Source: Octopus bimaculoides
Taxonomy: Eukaryota
NCBI RefSeq assembly: GCF_001194135.2
Contig: NC_068982.1
Span: forward strand, 114,954,252-115,018,251
Length of the DNA stretch: 64,000 bases
Direction: 5' to 3'
Made by a program: the position numbers and the translations under genes. The notes below the pieces were generated by a model. The model had not been told where the DNA came from and did no database searches. It saw nothing but the letters and a program-made list of their open reading frames with translations. Below are positions 26,788 to 40,129 of the stretch, piece after piece (within the stretch, counting starts at the first letter, position 1; each line of letters starts with the position of its first letter).

Positions 26788-27445
26788 GATAATAATCATA
26801 TGAGTTGGAATTTGTCGCCTGCCACCCCATCTGGTTACAGAGGTGTGTTTAAACAATAAAATTCGAACTCAAGGAAAACTGGTGAAGACCTATGCCAGCA
26901 ATAAAGTTACTAAAATTTGAAATGTTTTGTAGATGTCAATAAGTGTTGTTATCGAAAACTTGTGTCCTGAATAACTGACTTTTTCACTCTTCACGGAAAC
27001 CAATCTTATTGTACCTAAAAACTTTGGGGGATTTTGATACTTTTAGTGATGAATCTTACGTTTCAACACATACAACTCATAATCATAGTAATTTTTCGAT
27101 GAACTTGAATTTATAATCTCTTACATAATTTGAACTATATCAAATCGTTATACTTTCACGTGGTGCGATGCCTGGAATTACAAAACGATTTCAACAGACT
27201 TTACAGGTTTAATTTGAAGGTCTTCTAGAGAAAAGTCCTGATTTTAAATATAAAATATTAAATATCATATATTCTGAACTGATGAGATTTTCGCAAACCT
27301 GAATCTTTGATTTAAGATCAAAGATTATTGTGGAATTGAATAAAGACGTATAGTACAATTAAAGCATAATATAGCTATCGTTTAATTTAACTTATAGCTA
27401 TTATTTGGTTTTGCTTAATCATATATATATATATATATATATATA

Positions 27446-28394
27446 TTAGCTGACGTACCCGGTAATTCCCGGGAAAGCGGAGCTTATCCCTTGGTTCCGT
27501 TCTCATAATTGTTTCGCTAATCCAATAACAACAATACAAAGTATGTAGCCCTTAAAACGGTTTTTGTACATTTACAGAGAAAACCGAAGTATCTTACACA
27601 GGATCTTGTTTTTAAGAATTCCCAATAAGTTATGAATACCCAAATTGGGAAGTCAGTTACGTAATAACATGAAATTAGTTACCCGATAGTTAGAATGAAT
27701 TCAAATAAAGTAGCCCCGAAAAGTACTTTAATGCGTTCCCAGAGTATATAAAACATAGGAGGAAATACTAATAAGCTATGTATACTAAAATTGTGAAGCA
27801 TGCTACGCAATAACAGGTAGCATATGAGATACTAACATATGAGATACTAACAATATGAGATACTAACAATTCAAAGTAAATAACTCTGAAAAGGGCTTTT
27901 GTGCGTTCCAAGAGAATATTACCCTCAGGGGCGCTAGTGTTGGTATATTCGTGAATAAGTCACTAATCGAAATAAGTGGATCTATTGTTTAGGAAAATAC
28001 TATTTACTTGTTTAAGGGTTGTACTGGATAAATTGCGAAAATAACTCTTAAAGTTCAAATACTAAGAAATAAGCATACTCAATTTCATTTTTACCAAATA
28101 ATTTAAGAAAGTGAATGGGTTATTTCCCTTGGCTATATAAGTATCCCTTCCGAGAATGAATGGGTTATTTTCCTTGGTTTTTAAAATAAAATATCNNNNN
28201 NNNNNATATATAAGAATCCCTTCCAGGGGCCTTATTATCGATTTTTTCAACAATCTGTGTATGCCATGAGGTTTCCAGACAAGAGTTCTACTCACATGTC
28301 AAGTTTCATCAAAATCGATAAAACGATGTAGGAGGAGTTAGCTAACAACTCCACAAACACACCCACAGACAGAATTTCCCACATATGTAGTAGA
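27446..28394 (-). mobile_element. Complete non-autonomous Helitron (about 950 bp)
   Basis: On the - strand: host A | 5' TCTACTAC... and 3' hairpin cccgg-gaatta-ccggg, then tacgtcag CTAA | host T in a (TA)n tract. This fits the canonical A|TC...CTRR|T structure with no TSD. Confidence 0.88.
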
Positions 28395-28879
28395 TATCAA
28401 AAGGATGTGTTATAATACTGTTCCAAAGCCATACCTAAAATCCAATATACCTCCATCATCAACTGCCCCACGGATATCATTATGGTTTCGACACCTGGTT
28501 AATACCATTCAATCCGGTGGTGTCAACAGCACTAAAATCAGTGTTGTTTGGGAACAAACAAACCAAAGAAACCACAACTTTCAAACAATGTACAACCGTA
28601 TCGATAAATAAAGTCCATAAGTAAATTACGACCCCTCTTAAATACGTAACAAAACAACTCTGTTAAGTCATAAAAAAAATTATAATCCCTACCGTCTTCC
28701 GTAGTGTAATATAAAAGTAAATCTTTAATAACCACAGTATTTCAATCAATCAATATATAGGCAGGATTAAACACGAACCTTACTAAAACTACAACAAGAT
28801 ACATTTAAACCAATGTACACTGTATCGGTATTAACAGTAAACTGCAATAACTAAATTATATACTAAATTGCGATCCATC

Positions 28880-29192
28880 TTTAAGGTTTGAATAATTCAC
28901 CTTTGGAAACATGGGTGTTTTGCTCAACATCCTTAAACAAACCTTATTCAGGGACCTTTTGAGCAGGATGGGCTACTCGACCTGAAGAAAATTCTAACTG
29001 GGCCCCACCTGCGAGGTCATGTGCTGTTTATCTTGATATGAGATCACCATGTCGTGCACATATGGTTGTGATGCATGTGCCTGGTGTACCCTTATCAGAC
29101 GGGTAGTCATGATGGGTATACTGGGCTTCGTATATTTTACCCCAGTGTCACTTTGATGGCATGCACTGCTCTCTCACTCACATAATGATAAT
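28880..29192 (+). repeat. Interspersed repeat ending in a short taat/aat tail (probable LINE 3' UTR or SINE), host of the Dong insertion
   Basis: Higher-GC block ending ...gcactgctctctcactca cataatgataat, directly abutting the truncated Dong 5' end. Family identity is not established from this window. Confidence 0.45.
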
Positions 29193-30646
29193 AGTGCTGA
29201 TATCGGAATGGAGTTTGGACTGAGAAAATGTGGTGTGTTAGTCTTGAGGAGAGGCAAAATCAAATGTATGAACGGGCTAACGATACCATCGGGAGAAGTT
29301 ATGAAGCAGATAGAAGAGACGGGCTATAAGTACTTGGGGATTTTGGAAATGGATAAATTGATGGAGAAAGAAATGACAGAAAAATATAAGGTGGAGTACT
29401 TGCGCAGACTGAGACTGATCCTAAAGTCGAAATTAAATGGACGGAATGAGATCGAAGCTATCAACACCTGTACGGTTTCACTCCTTAGATAGGGAGCAGG
29501 GGTAATCGCATGGACAGTAGACGAACTAGACAGATTAGAAAAAAAGACAAGGAGGTTGCTAACTAGATATGGGTCACTCCATCCAAAAAGTGACACAGAC
29601 AGACTGTATGTACCAAGAAAAAGAGGGGAAAGAGGACTTATTGGATGCGAACACAGCGTTAGAGCAGAAGAAAACAACATAGAATGGTATGTAAAAAATG
29701 CCACAGAACCGCTATTACTAGAAGTAAGAAGGTCAGGCTTGTGTAGGATGAAATATTGCAAAGATAAAGCACTATACAAGAAATTGAAAACGAATGAAAC
29801 TGAAAATAGGTGGGTAAAGAAAAGAATGCATGGTCAATTTCAAAGAGATGTTGAAGATAAGACAGAGAAAAACGATGGCTGTGGATGACTAAAAGTGATT
29901 TAAAACCGGAAACGGAGGCTCCAATCTGTGCTGCCCAAAAGTAAGCACTAAGAACAAACTACATAAAATACAGAATAGACAGCACAGCAGAAAGTGATAA
30001 GTGCAGAATCTGTGGAAAACGGTGAAACCGTATGGCATATTACCAGCCAATTTACGCCACTAGCCCAGAAGGAATATATGAGACGCCACGACAATATAGC
30101 CAGGCTTGTCCATTGGGCACTTTGCAACAAGTATGGACTTGACAAAGCAAAAAATTGGTACGAGCACAAACCTGAAGGCATTATCGAAAATAGAAATGCA
30201 AAGATCCTATGGGATTTTATGATTCAGTGTGACCATGAGATAGAGAATAGGAAGCTGGACATAGTCTTAATTGAGAAAGAAAACAAACTATGCTGGTTCA
30301 TAGACATAGCATGCCCAGCTGACAACAAGGTATGCGATAAGGAAGAAAGAAAAGTCGAGAGATGTGACAGGTTAGCTTGGGAAGTTAAGCAGTTGTGGTC
30401 GAGGAAAAAGGTAGCAGTAATGCAAATAATTGTCGGAGCCATGGGAACAGTGAGCAAAAATCTCGAGAAGTACGCGGAACAAATAGGGGTTGCAATAAGG
30501 GTAGAGCACTTGCAGAAAACAACACTGCTTGGAACCGCTCAAATACTCCGGAAGGTACTCGAAAAATAAGAGGTGTTACCTTTGTTCACTGGTAGTGAAC
30601 AGCTGACACTGTAATACATTTCCAGCGTTAGAAGCTGTGCAAAGGC
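29193..30646 (+). mobile_element. 5'-truncated R4/Dong-clade non-LTR retrotransposon (RT C-terminus, zinc knuckle, restriction-like endonuclease)
   Basis: Broken ORFs give MEFGLRKC...YKYLG, LYVPRKRGERGL, CRICGK..ETV.HI, RHDNIA, KILWDF.IQCD...RKLDIV and FIDIACPAD. The short 3' UTR has a gttcact/agtgaac stem and is followed by (AAT)n at 30647-30729. Frameshifts and stops are present. Confidence 0.88.
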
Positions 30647-30731
<85 letters not shown>

Positions 30732-31740
30732 TTAAGTATATAAGAATAAAAAGAAAGGATGAAAATAAAGATTAATAATAAATAATAAAAGTAATGAAAT
30801 ATATTAATAATAAAATATTAATAAAATATAAATGGAATAAAAGTTTTTTTTACAAAACATGGATGTCCGTGGTCCATTTTACTTTATGTGTGAGTGTATG
30901 TTCGTGTGTTTACATGTGTGCTAGTATGTGTATATACGTATGTTTACTACCTAAGTTAATTTATGTATACGTATGTGTGTGCACATATAGATGTTTACTG
31001 TCTAAGTTGATTTATGTGAACGTAAGTGTGTATGTTAGTAACGTGTTATGAAGTCAAATCAGTTTGTTTATAACGGTTTTTTTGTTATATTTCTGCTGCT
31101 TTTAAATAAAGTATATATANNNNNNNNNNNNNNNNNNNNNNNNNNNNNNNNNNNNNNNNNNNNNNNNNNNNNNNNNNNNNNNNNNNNNNNNNNNNNNNNN
31201 NNNNNNNNNNNNNNNNNNNNNNNNNNNNNNNNNNNNNNNNNNNNNNNNNNNNNNNNNNNNNNNNNNNNNNNNNNNNNNNNNNNNNNNNNNNNNNNNNNNN
31301 NNNNNNNNNNNNNNNNNNNNNNNNNNNNNNNNNNNNNNNNNNNNNNNNNNNNNNNNNNNNNNNNNNNNNNNNNNNNNNNNNNNNNNNNNNNNNNNNNNNN
31401 NNNNNNNNNNNNNNNNNNNNNNNNNNNNNNNNNNNNNNNNNNNNNNNNNNNNNNNNNNNNNNNNNNNNNNNNNNNNNNNNNNNNNNNNNNNNNNNNNNNN
31501 NNNNNNNNNNNNNNNNNNNNNNNNNNNNNNNNNNNNNNNNNNNNNNNNNNNNNNNNNNNNNNNNNNNNNNNNNNNNNNNNNNNNNNNNNNNNNNNNNNNN
31601 NNNNNNNNNNNNNNNNNNNNNNNNNNNNNNNNNNNNNNNNNNNNNNNNNNNNNNNNNNNNNNNNNNNNNNNNNNNNNNNNNNNNNNNNNNNNNNNNNNNN
31701 NNNNNNNNNNNNNNNNNNNNNNNNNNNNNNNNNNNNTCTC

Positions 31741-31777
<37 letters not shown>

Positions 31778-32767
31778 TCCTCCCTGTCTCTCGTTGCTCA
31801 CCTATATTCTACTTCCTCCCCTTTTTCTCTCCTTCTACCACTCTTTCTCCTTACCCCTCGCTGGTCACGTGTGTCCGGCTACTTCTTCCTTTCCTATCTT
31901 GGCCATTGCCAAGCTCGCACGAACTTTCTTCTCTCTTCCTTCCAGTTCGTCACATCACAGCGTACAGTATACATATACATTTTTTTCACGTCTGGCCTTA
32001 TAGCCCTTCTTGTTTATTTCCACTGTTTCGTTTTCCTGTCTTGTTTTCTGTTCGCCACTACATTCCCCCGCATTTAAAGTAATTTTGCTACTATTTCATT
32101 TGACAGAAATAGTGGCAGAATCACTGTAAATATTTTACTCCGTGGATCTTAAACTATGTTAAATCATTTTGATTGTTCTTTATTTTCAAGTTCATGAATT
32201 CATCTGACGAAAACAGCTTCTTTATAATGATGTAATGTTTTCAGTAATCAATAAAAGGAGTGGTTGGAAACGGCCGTAATGGATTGACATTTCTATCTCT
32301 ACTGTTACTCAATTATATTTTATTCACCTATCTCGGAATCTGCCCTTCGTAAATATTATGGACTGTATATTTAATATAATGTATATGTCTGAATAGCTCA
32401 ACAGCAGATTTCTTGATTCAGCTGGGTCTAATTGTCTACATACACTGCACGAATATCATTCAGCCGGTTATTTACATAACGTTGTTGCATGTGTATATTA
32501 TTCCGACCTAATGAGGTACCTCAGTTTAAGTACCTAATTCAACTGAATCATACTTGCGCGTGTATGTGTTTGCGTGCGTGCGTGCGTGTGCGTGTATGTG
32601 TGTGTGCGTGCGTGTCTATAGTTCAAATTTACAGAAAACAAAAGTCGAAGACAGGTGAAGGAACAAGAAGCCGGTGTATTAGTTTACCGCTCGGGAAGAA
32701 TGGTGAAGTTTTGGCAGAAAGGATTGAGAGAAAAGAGAAGCGAAGAATATATGAACATATAACATGA

Positions 32768-32817
<50 letters not shown>

Positions 32818-33200
32818 TATGTAAATAAGTACACATCATATATATTCATATACATATAGGTGTGTGCGTGTATGTGTTTATGTACGTATTGGTTAAAAAC
32901 ATTTGAAAGAAGAAATTACAATTTGTAAGATAAATATAGGTGTGGTAGGAAGTTACCTTCCTAACCATGTAGTTCCTAGGTCCAGTCTCACTGCGTGGCA
33001 CCTTTGGCAAATGTCTTCTATAATAGCCCGGAGAGACGAAAGCTTTGAATGGATATGGTAAACCGAAATTGAAAGAAGTAGAGAGAGAGGGAGGGAGGGA
33101 AGGAGGGAGAGATACATACATATACGTATGCATGTATTTGTGCATACAAACACATAAATATCATATGTATTTATATTTATTTTATTTGTTTATTTTACAG

Positions 33201-33362
33201 GCGGATTTTGCGATCCAGCCATATTTTCCGGTCGATATGGAACAATTGGTGGCAGCAAGCCTAAAGTGGCCACACCAAATGTCGTGGCAAAAATTGAGGA
33301 ATATAAATTAGAAAATCCTTCTATTTTCGCTTGGGAAATAAGAGAAAAGCTTATGGCTGATG
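33201..33362 (+). CDS. eyg: eyegone-like Pax gene, exon 2: paired-domain linker and first part of the RED subdomain ([40 protein letters not shown])
   Basis: Acceptor tttattttacag|GC at 33200 and donor GATG|gtaagc at 33363. The translation has the hallmark paired-domain motifs GGSKPKVAT and FAWEIR. Not shown in this frame in the ORF track. Confidence 0.93.
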
Positions 33363-34464
33363 GTAAGCTATCTTTATCTGGTAATAATTGCTTTCTTATG
33401 ATTAATGTATAAGGTGCGTGAGCTTATAAAGCGTGCTTCGGTTTTGGGAAGCACGTTCTTGAAAAATTTTTTAAAACTGTTTTCAAATTAGACATATGTA
33501 GCCTCCTCAAACCGCATTTTAAATTTTGGTGTATTTCTGTCCTTACGAAATCCTACTATATCTTATTAAAAGATAATTAATCTTTTGGCGTCTATATTTC
33601 GGTATAGTCTAAAGAAGTCTGCAGTGTAAGGATATTCCGTGTGTTCCTGCCTTATCACTGTGATTCGACCCGAGAATTACTTAAAAGGTAAACGCGCCTG
33701 CTTAATTGTCAATTGCTTTTACGAATAGGAATTCAGTTGGTCGAATGACTGAATGTCATCATCGAGACCGACGATGTATCCAACTCTTACATTCACACAC
33801 GCACGCAAGCACCCCCCCCACACACACACACACAAATATTCATGCATACTTGCATGCATGCACAGGATTCCCAAAAGCAGACCGGAGAAAGCTAATTAGA
33901 AGACTGCAGACACAAGCCATGAATGTAACTGTCGAAATATGTAAGCTTTTCCAAAAGTTTAGCATATTAGTACATATAGACATGCAACAATATGTATGTG
34001 TATAAAAACATAAAATAAAAAACTCCAATAAGGGAATCTAAAAATCTGTTCTTACTCTATTGGCAAGAAATCTAGAAATAATATTATATAACATACATAA
34101 CACATACATATATACATCCATGCATGCATGCATCCATGCATACATGTGGAATATATATGCACGTTACACACATAAACAGTAATAAAACACACATACACCT
34201 GTGTTTTATAGTGTCAGATACACTTACGACTGCAAGGTTAGCCATACGTGAATACATGCGTACAACACGCGCATATGTATGCTTACAACGCGCATATAGA
34301 TATGCATACCACAACCAAATCGGGTAACAGCTAATCCCAATAAACTGTCTTGACGTAAACAGAAGAGCTTTGCTACTTTGTTAGTGATCAGCTCCAATTC
34401 TGCAAAGGAAAAATAAAACTAAATTATATTCCAAAGAAATATACGAAAAATGTACGCGCACACG

Positions 34465-34501
<37 letters not shown>

Positions 34502-34539
34502 GCACACGGATACATACATACATAGATACATACTACCTT

Positions 34540-34700
34540 CGAAACGTGGAGTAGATGAACAGGGACAACCGATGAAAGGGAATATTCTTTATATTGCACG
34601 TCTCGTTTCTCTGTTTTTTTCGTTGTTTGAAAAACAGTTCGTTTTCTGTTTTCGTTTCTCATTGTGTTTGACTTTTTTTTTGTGATGTCCTGTACCCACA
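34540..34700 (-). repeat. Short repeat related to the segment at 41390-41540
   Basis: Shares ggagtagat...caac.gatgaa.ggg and the gtcctgtaccca terminus with 41390-41540. Both abut TA/CA microsatellites. Confidence 0.55.
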
Positions 34701-34818
34701 TATGCATGTATTTATACATATAGATGTAGGTATGTATATATATGTATGGATATATGCATATATTCATATATTATTTATACTATTATATGATCGAACGCCA
34801 CGCATCCTTCTCCAAGTA

Positions 34819-34868
<50 letters not shown>

Positions 34869-35164
34869 AATATATGTATATGTACATATATGTACGTTTA
34901 TGAATTTGTATTGCAAGTCTCTTGATGTGAAACCGTGTGTTGAAACAGAAGTTGTATTTCGAGATGGTAGGGGTTTTTTTTGCCAAATAAACACACGCAC
35001 TATATATTCATTCTTCATTCGTTTATTACTGTTATTATTTTAACTCATGTCCATTGTCCGGAAATCTTTAGTCACACATCTGTGACCTCTTCAGCGACAC
35101 TTTCCGTCCTCGAGAGTGCTCCTGCTCCACTTAGTCCATTCTGTTCTTCTATGATGTGTATCTG

Positions 35165-35360
35165 TGTTCTAAGGGCCCGCAATTGTTCAACATCCTTCCA
35201 AGCAACCTTAGAGAACTACATGGTGTTGATGTGGAAGTTTTCAAGGAACGTCTGGACAGGTTTCTATTTGAGATACCAGATGAACCGACATCGCGGCAAA
35301 GAAGAGCAGCTCCGTCCAACTCGTTACTTTACCGAAAACAATATCGGAAACAACACCACT
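35165..35360 (+). mobile_element. CR1/L2-like LINE extreme 3' end
   Basis: ORF 35156-35398 contains GPQLFNILPSNLRELHGVDVEVFKERLDRFLFEIPDEP...RAAPSNSLL. Confidence 0.75.
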
Positions 35361-35625
35361 ACCGGTGGTGCACCAGCATGACCTCAACACTGGGCTGAAA
35401 CCAGTAAAAGATAAAAGATATATATATATAGTAAATCCAAAAAACAAGAACAAACACAAGAAAATAGCAACAATGCGAGGACGTGGTACATGCAAAGTAT
35501 TAGGAGACGCTCTGGGAAGGAAAGAAAGATGGTTTTATGTTTCGAGCTGTGGTGTTATGAGCCAGGTTGTGTTGTAGGGAAGGATCGGAAGTGAGGGAGT
35601 TGGCATGTCCTGTCGGAAGTGAGGC

Positions 35626-35679
<54 letters not shown>

Positions 35680-36487
35680 AATAATAATAATAATAATAAT
35701 AATCCCTTAATACCAAATTCTAAGGGGAGTAGTAGTAGGAAGTCTTTTAACCATGAGTACTAAATACAAGTGAATAAATGCTTGTGTAACTTTAAAAACA
35801 AAATTGTCTGTCCTTTAGAAAATCAGTGTTTAACGAAAAATATAGTGTATCAATGTAAGGTAATAATAGAGGATCATAAGTATTATTACATAGGTACATC
35901 TGCTACAGTTTGGAAATTTAGATTTCATAATCATTCTCATTGATTTAAATATGGAAAAAATGTAATTCTACAATTATTAGTAAATGCATTTGGGATTCAA
36001 AAGACAGGAACATTAAGTATGATTTAAAGTGGTCCCTTATTAGTTACGCACCATCGTACAATATTGGCAAATCTACATGTGATTTTGCCTTGAAAAAATG
36101 TGTTATATAATTACTTGTAACTTAATGTTATTAAATTTCAATGGGAACTTTAAAATGCGGTGTTGTCACAAGTTTCGGAAGATATTTAAAAATTTCAATT
36201 CTTAATTATAATTTCTTATCATATATCATATTATAAGCACAATATAAAAGAAAACTTTACTATATTTAATAAATAGATAACTAATTGTTGTGAGGTAGAA
36301 TCTCTGTTTCTAATTGTCGTACCGTAGAATTCTTTTTATTCTTTTGTTGAATACAAAAAAATAGATTTTCTAGTATTTTCTGATATATTAATTTGAATAT
36401 TTTCTATATCTAAATATGTTGATGCAACAAAAATGATTGTCGGCTTTGTATGGTGGAGTCAAGAATTAAAGATGTGATTTTCTTTAA

Positions 36488-36865
36488 GCGCAGGAGTGGC
36501 TGTGTGGTAAGAAGTTTACTGACCAACCACATGGTTCCGGGTCCAGTCTCACTGCGTGGCACCTTGGGCAAGTGTCTTCTACTATAGCCTCGGGCCGACC
36601 AAAGCCTTGTGAGTGGATCTGGTAGACGGAAACTGAAAGACGTCCATCGTATGTGTGTGTGTTTGTGTATCTGTGTTTATTCCCCACCATCGCTTGACAA
36701 CCGATGTTAGTGTGTTTACGTCCCCGTAACTTAGCTGTTCGGCAAAAGAAACCAATAGAATAAGTACTAGGCTTACAAAGAATAAGTCTTGGGGTCGATT
36801 TGTTCAACTAGAGGCGGTACTCCAGCATGGCCGCAGTCAAATGACTGAAACAAGTACAAGAGTAA
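36488..36865 (+). mobile_element. Full-length tRNA-derived SINE, family A (other copies about 4615-4955 -, 11335-11565 +, 17035-17400 +, 32935-33080 + head, 46385-46790 -, 50145-50360 -, 55120-55378 -, 60235-60400 -, 60470-60530 +, 63100-63215 +)
   Basis: A-box-like (gtggctgtgtggt) and B-box-like (ggttccgggt.cagtc.cac) head, a shared body (accgatagaataagtactaggcttacaaagaataagtc.tggggtcgattt) and a tail gtcaaatgactgaaac, repeated many times in the window. Confidence 0.85.
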
Positions 36866-36932
36866 ACGAGTATATGTGTGTGTGTGTGTGTGTGTGTGTA
36901 CGTGTGTGTTTGTGTGTGTGTGTGCGTGTGTT

Positions 36933-36977
<45 letters not shown>

Positions 36978-38754
36978 ACGAACAAATTTACATATACATA
37001 TATTGTATGTATGTATGTATAGACAAGCAGATAGACATCTCTGCATAGATAATTTTTGTTTCCACGCCATAATTTCAAAATCTTGATCAACACCTTCAAC
37101 CTAACAGCTTAGAGAAATCGACTAAAGCGAGATTGGGATAGAGAAAAGGAAAGATTGAAAGTGAGGAGAGAAAAAGTGAGTGAGTGAGTGAGTGAGTGGG
37201 GCAAGAGAGAGAGAATGACATACTCAGACTGACTGAGAATACAAAAACCGAAAACTTTGATTTTGAACAATAAGTTTGTCGTTATTGCCAAAACATTCAC
37301 ACTATCACAGTAACACAGATTACCGAACTAAACTTCTAGCCTGCCTACTGTTTCATGTCGTACTCTACTTCCTTTCATACATTTAACAATAAAACGTTTT
37401 GTTACTTCCATTTTGAATGCCCTCATTATACAAAGGTGTCGCCAAAAGTTAGCTTCTACTTCCGGTTCAAATGAAGCTACAATCACGACCTAATATAAAG
37501 CTGGTCATATTCTTCACCTTACTCTATATACTTTGTGCACAAATTAACGGTATTCTTTTCGTCTAAGTTTGCACAGTGAAATATCTAGTTATTTATTTCA
37601 TTTCTGTTTATCTTTTTATTTATTTATTTTCTATTTTATTGCATTTATCTTTTATTTATTAAGTTTTTAATTGTATTTATTTTTTTGTTTATTTGAGTTT
37701 TTGTCCACCTTACCACATCAAATAATATAACGTTATCTCTTTTTTTTTTCCTTGATAACTAATGTCATATTGTGAATGAGGCCACACTATAGTTAAATAG
37801 TGATAGATTTTGCACACTTTCCTTATTGAAGTCTGGCAGATTGAAGTGTGACTATACCTCGAGAAGTGTGAAGATTTTATTGTGGCTTAGACCCAAATCT
37901 GGCCTACTTGAACAGATCTACTATGGAAGAGTTCTAAGTGCGGCCATCCTTTCTTTGTGTAGATTAGAGACTACAATTTTAAAGTGTCCATTTGTAAAAA
38001 CAGTAGAGAATGATTTGAAGGAATTTGAGCGTTCTTTCTCGTAGGTCGAAGGAACACACCGAGGCTCCCTCTTAATTTCGTATGAAGGAGAGTATCGCCA
38101 TCTCTCTAAATGTAACCACTCGTAAACTGAGTTCCTATTGGTATATTCTCCGATTATCTTCTCGTAGCATATATTTTGGAAATGAACATATGTGTGTGCA
38201 TGTATATTGTGTCTATATGTCAATAGCTACTTAAATGAGTATCTATGTGTGTGTGTGTGTGCGCGCGCGCGCATGAGAAATGAACCAGAGTATTTCAAAT
38301 GTACAGACCTTGCAAATCAGCCGTCGATCTTGTAAATTTTACTTGAAACCGCAAAGAACCATTTCAAAGAACTGTTTCAAAATGAATGTGACGTCAACCA
38401 TAATCATTTTCACATGTATGTTTGTACAACTATAATATTGTTGGACTGTACCTCTTAGCCAGGATGTGCTTTATGTGTTGAACCGTAGCTATCTAACAGC
38501 TGTACCTTGATCTATCAAACATAAGGTACTTTCGATATTACAGCTGTTAAGTAGTTTTTATATTTGTCAAAAAGATTTTAAACTAGGCTAGAATGAAAAC
38601 TAAAATGATACCGTGAAGTATATTTGCCACTTAAATGTGGCAAACCCTATACTTCACGATGTCGTGCAGCTAATGTTTATACCTCGCTCAGAGATTTATT
38701 ATAAAATGATACCATACACAACATTATCAAATATGTCTTAGACGGTGAACGGTA

Positions 38755-38876
38755 ATAATAGCACGGTAAAAATGACACAGGTAAAAATGACACAGGTAAA
38801 AATGTCACAGGTAAAAATGGCATAGGTACAATAAGCTTACTGGCACAACAAGCTTACTGAAATATACACTATTGGC
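38755..38876 (+). repeat. Short tandem array (ggtaaaaatgacaca)n plus a flank with an inverted partner at 41699-41774
   Basis: About four 15-bp units are visible. aagcttactgaaatatacactattggc matches the reverse complement of gccaatattgtatatttcagtaagctt at 26 of 27 positions. Confidence 0.65.
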
Positions 38877-40129
38877 AAAAGAAGAAGAAAGCTTTTACGT
38901 ATGTATATGTTTATATAACGCTATGTATATAGTTACCGTCTATATCTATCTATCTATATATATATATATATNNNNNNNNNNNNNNNNNNNNNNNNNNNNN
39001 NNNNNNNNNNNNNNNNNNNNNNNNNNNNNNNNNNNNNNNNNNNNNNNNNNNNNNNNNNNNNNNNNNNNNNNNNNNNNNNNNNNNNNNNNNNNNNNNNNNN
39101 NNNNNNNNNNNNNNNNNNNNNNNNNNNNNNNNNNNNNNNNNNNNNNNNNNNNNNNNNNNNNNNNNNNNNNNNNNNNNNNNNNNNNNNNNNNNNNNNNNNN
39201 NNNNNNNNNNNNNNNNNNNNNNNNNNNNNNNNNNNNNNNNNNNNNNNNNNNNNNNNNNNNNNNNNNNNNNNNNNNNNNNNNNNNNNNNNNNNNNNNNNNN
39301 NNNNNNNNNNNNNNNNNNNNNNNNNNNNNNNNNNNNNNNNNNNNNNNNNNNNNNNNNNNNNNNNNNNNNNNNNNNNNNNNNNNNNNNNNNNNNNNNNNNN
39401 NNNNNNNNNNNNNNNNNNNNNNNNNNNNNNNNNNNNNNNNNNNNNNNNNNNNNNNNNNNNNNNNNNNNNNNNNNNNNNNNNNNNNNNNNNNNNNNNNNNN
39501 NNNNNNNNNNNNNNNNNNNNNNNNNNNNNNNNNNNNNNNNNNNNNNNNNNNNNNNNNNNNNNNNNNNNNNNNNNNNNNNNNNNNNNNNNNNNNNNNNNNN
39601 NNNNNNNNNNNNNNNNNNNNNNNNNNNNNNNNNNNNNNNNNNNNNNNNNNNNNNNNNNNNNNNNNNNNNNNNNNNNNNNNNNNNNNNNNNNNNNNNNNNN
39701 NNNNNNNNNNNNNNNNNNNNNNNNNNNNNNNNNNNNNNNNNNNNNNNNNNNNNNNNNNNNNNNNNNNNNNNNNNNNNNNNNNNNNNNNNNNNNNNNNNNN
39801 NNNNNNNNNNNNNNNNNNNNNNNNNNNNNNNNNNNNNNNNNNNNNNNNNNNNNNNNNNNNNNNNNNNNNNNNNNNNNNNNNNNNNNNNNNNNNNNNNNNN
39901 NNNNNNNNNNNNNNNNNNNNNNNNNNNNNNNTAATAGAAAAATGTTACAAAAAGAAAATAGAAACCACATGGGGAAATGTAAGGGGGAAGTAAGAAAAAT
40001 AAGCAAAAATGCACATTGGAAATCAAAAAAAGTAAACGCTTTTTATGAAAAGTAGCGATAGATATATACAATTAGATGAACTGAGGTAGTAATAAAAGTA
40101 ACAAAAGTCATTCTTGTGAATTGTTAAAG

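Noticed and set aside
28405-28611. ORF containing GGVNS, resembling the paired-domain start GGVNQLGG
   Set aside because: Flanking residues do not match PAI (no LGG.F.NGRPLP), and I see no compatible splice sites.
34546-34610. GAAAC...GTA...CCGATGA arrangement suggesting a type II hammerhead (related CTGATGA at about 41413)
   Set aside because: Stem I does not pair and the G10.1-C11.1 pair is absent.
38872-40071. Long ORFs spanning N runs (also about 10.5-11.2, 15.6-16.2, 20.2-21.2, 31.0-32.1, 43.0-44.1, 53.5-54.2, 55.3-55.9 and 61.9-62.6 kb)
   Set aside because: Artefacts of N gaps and dinucleotide repeats.
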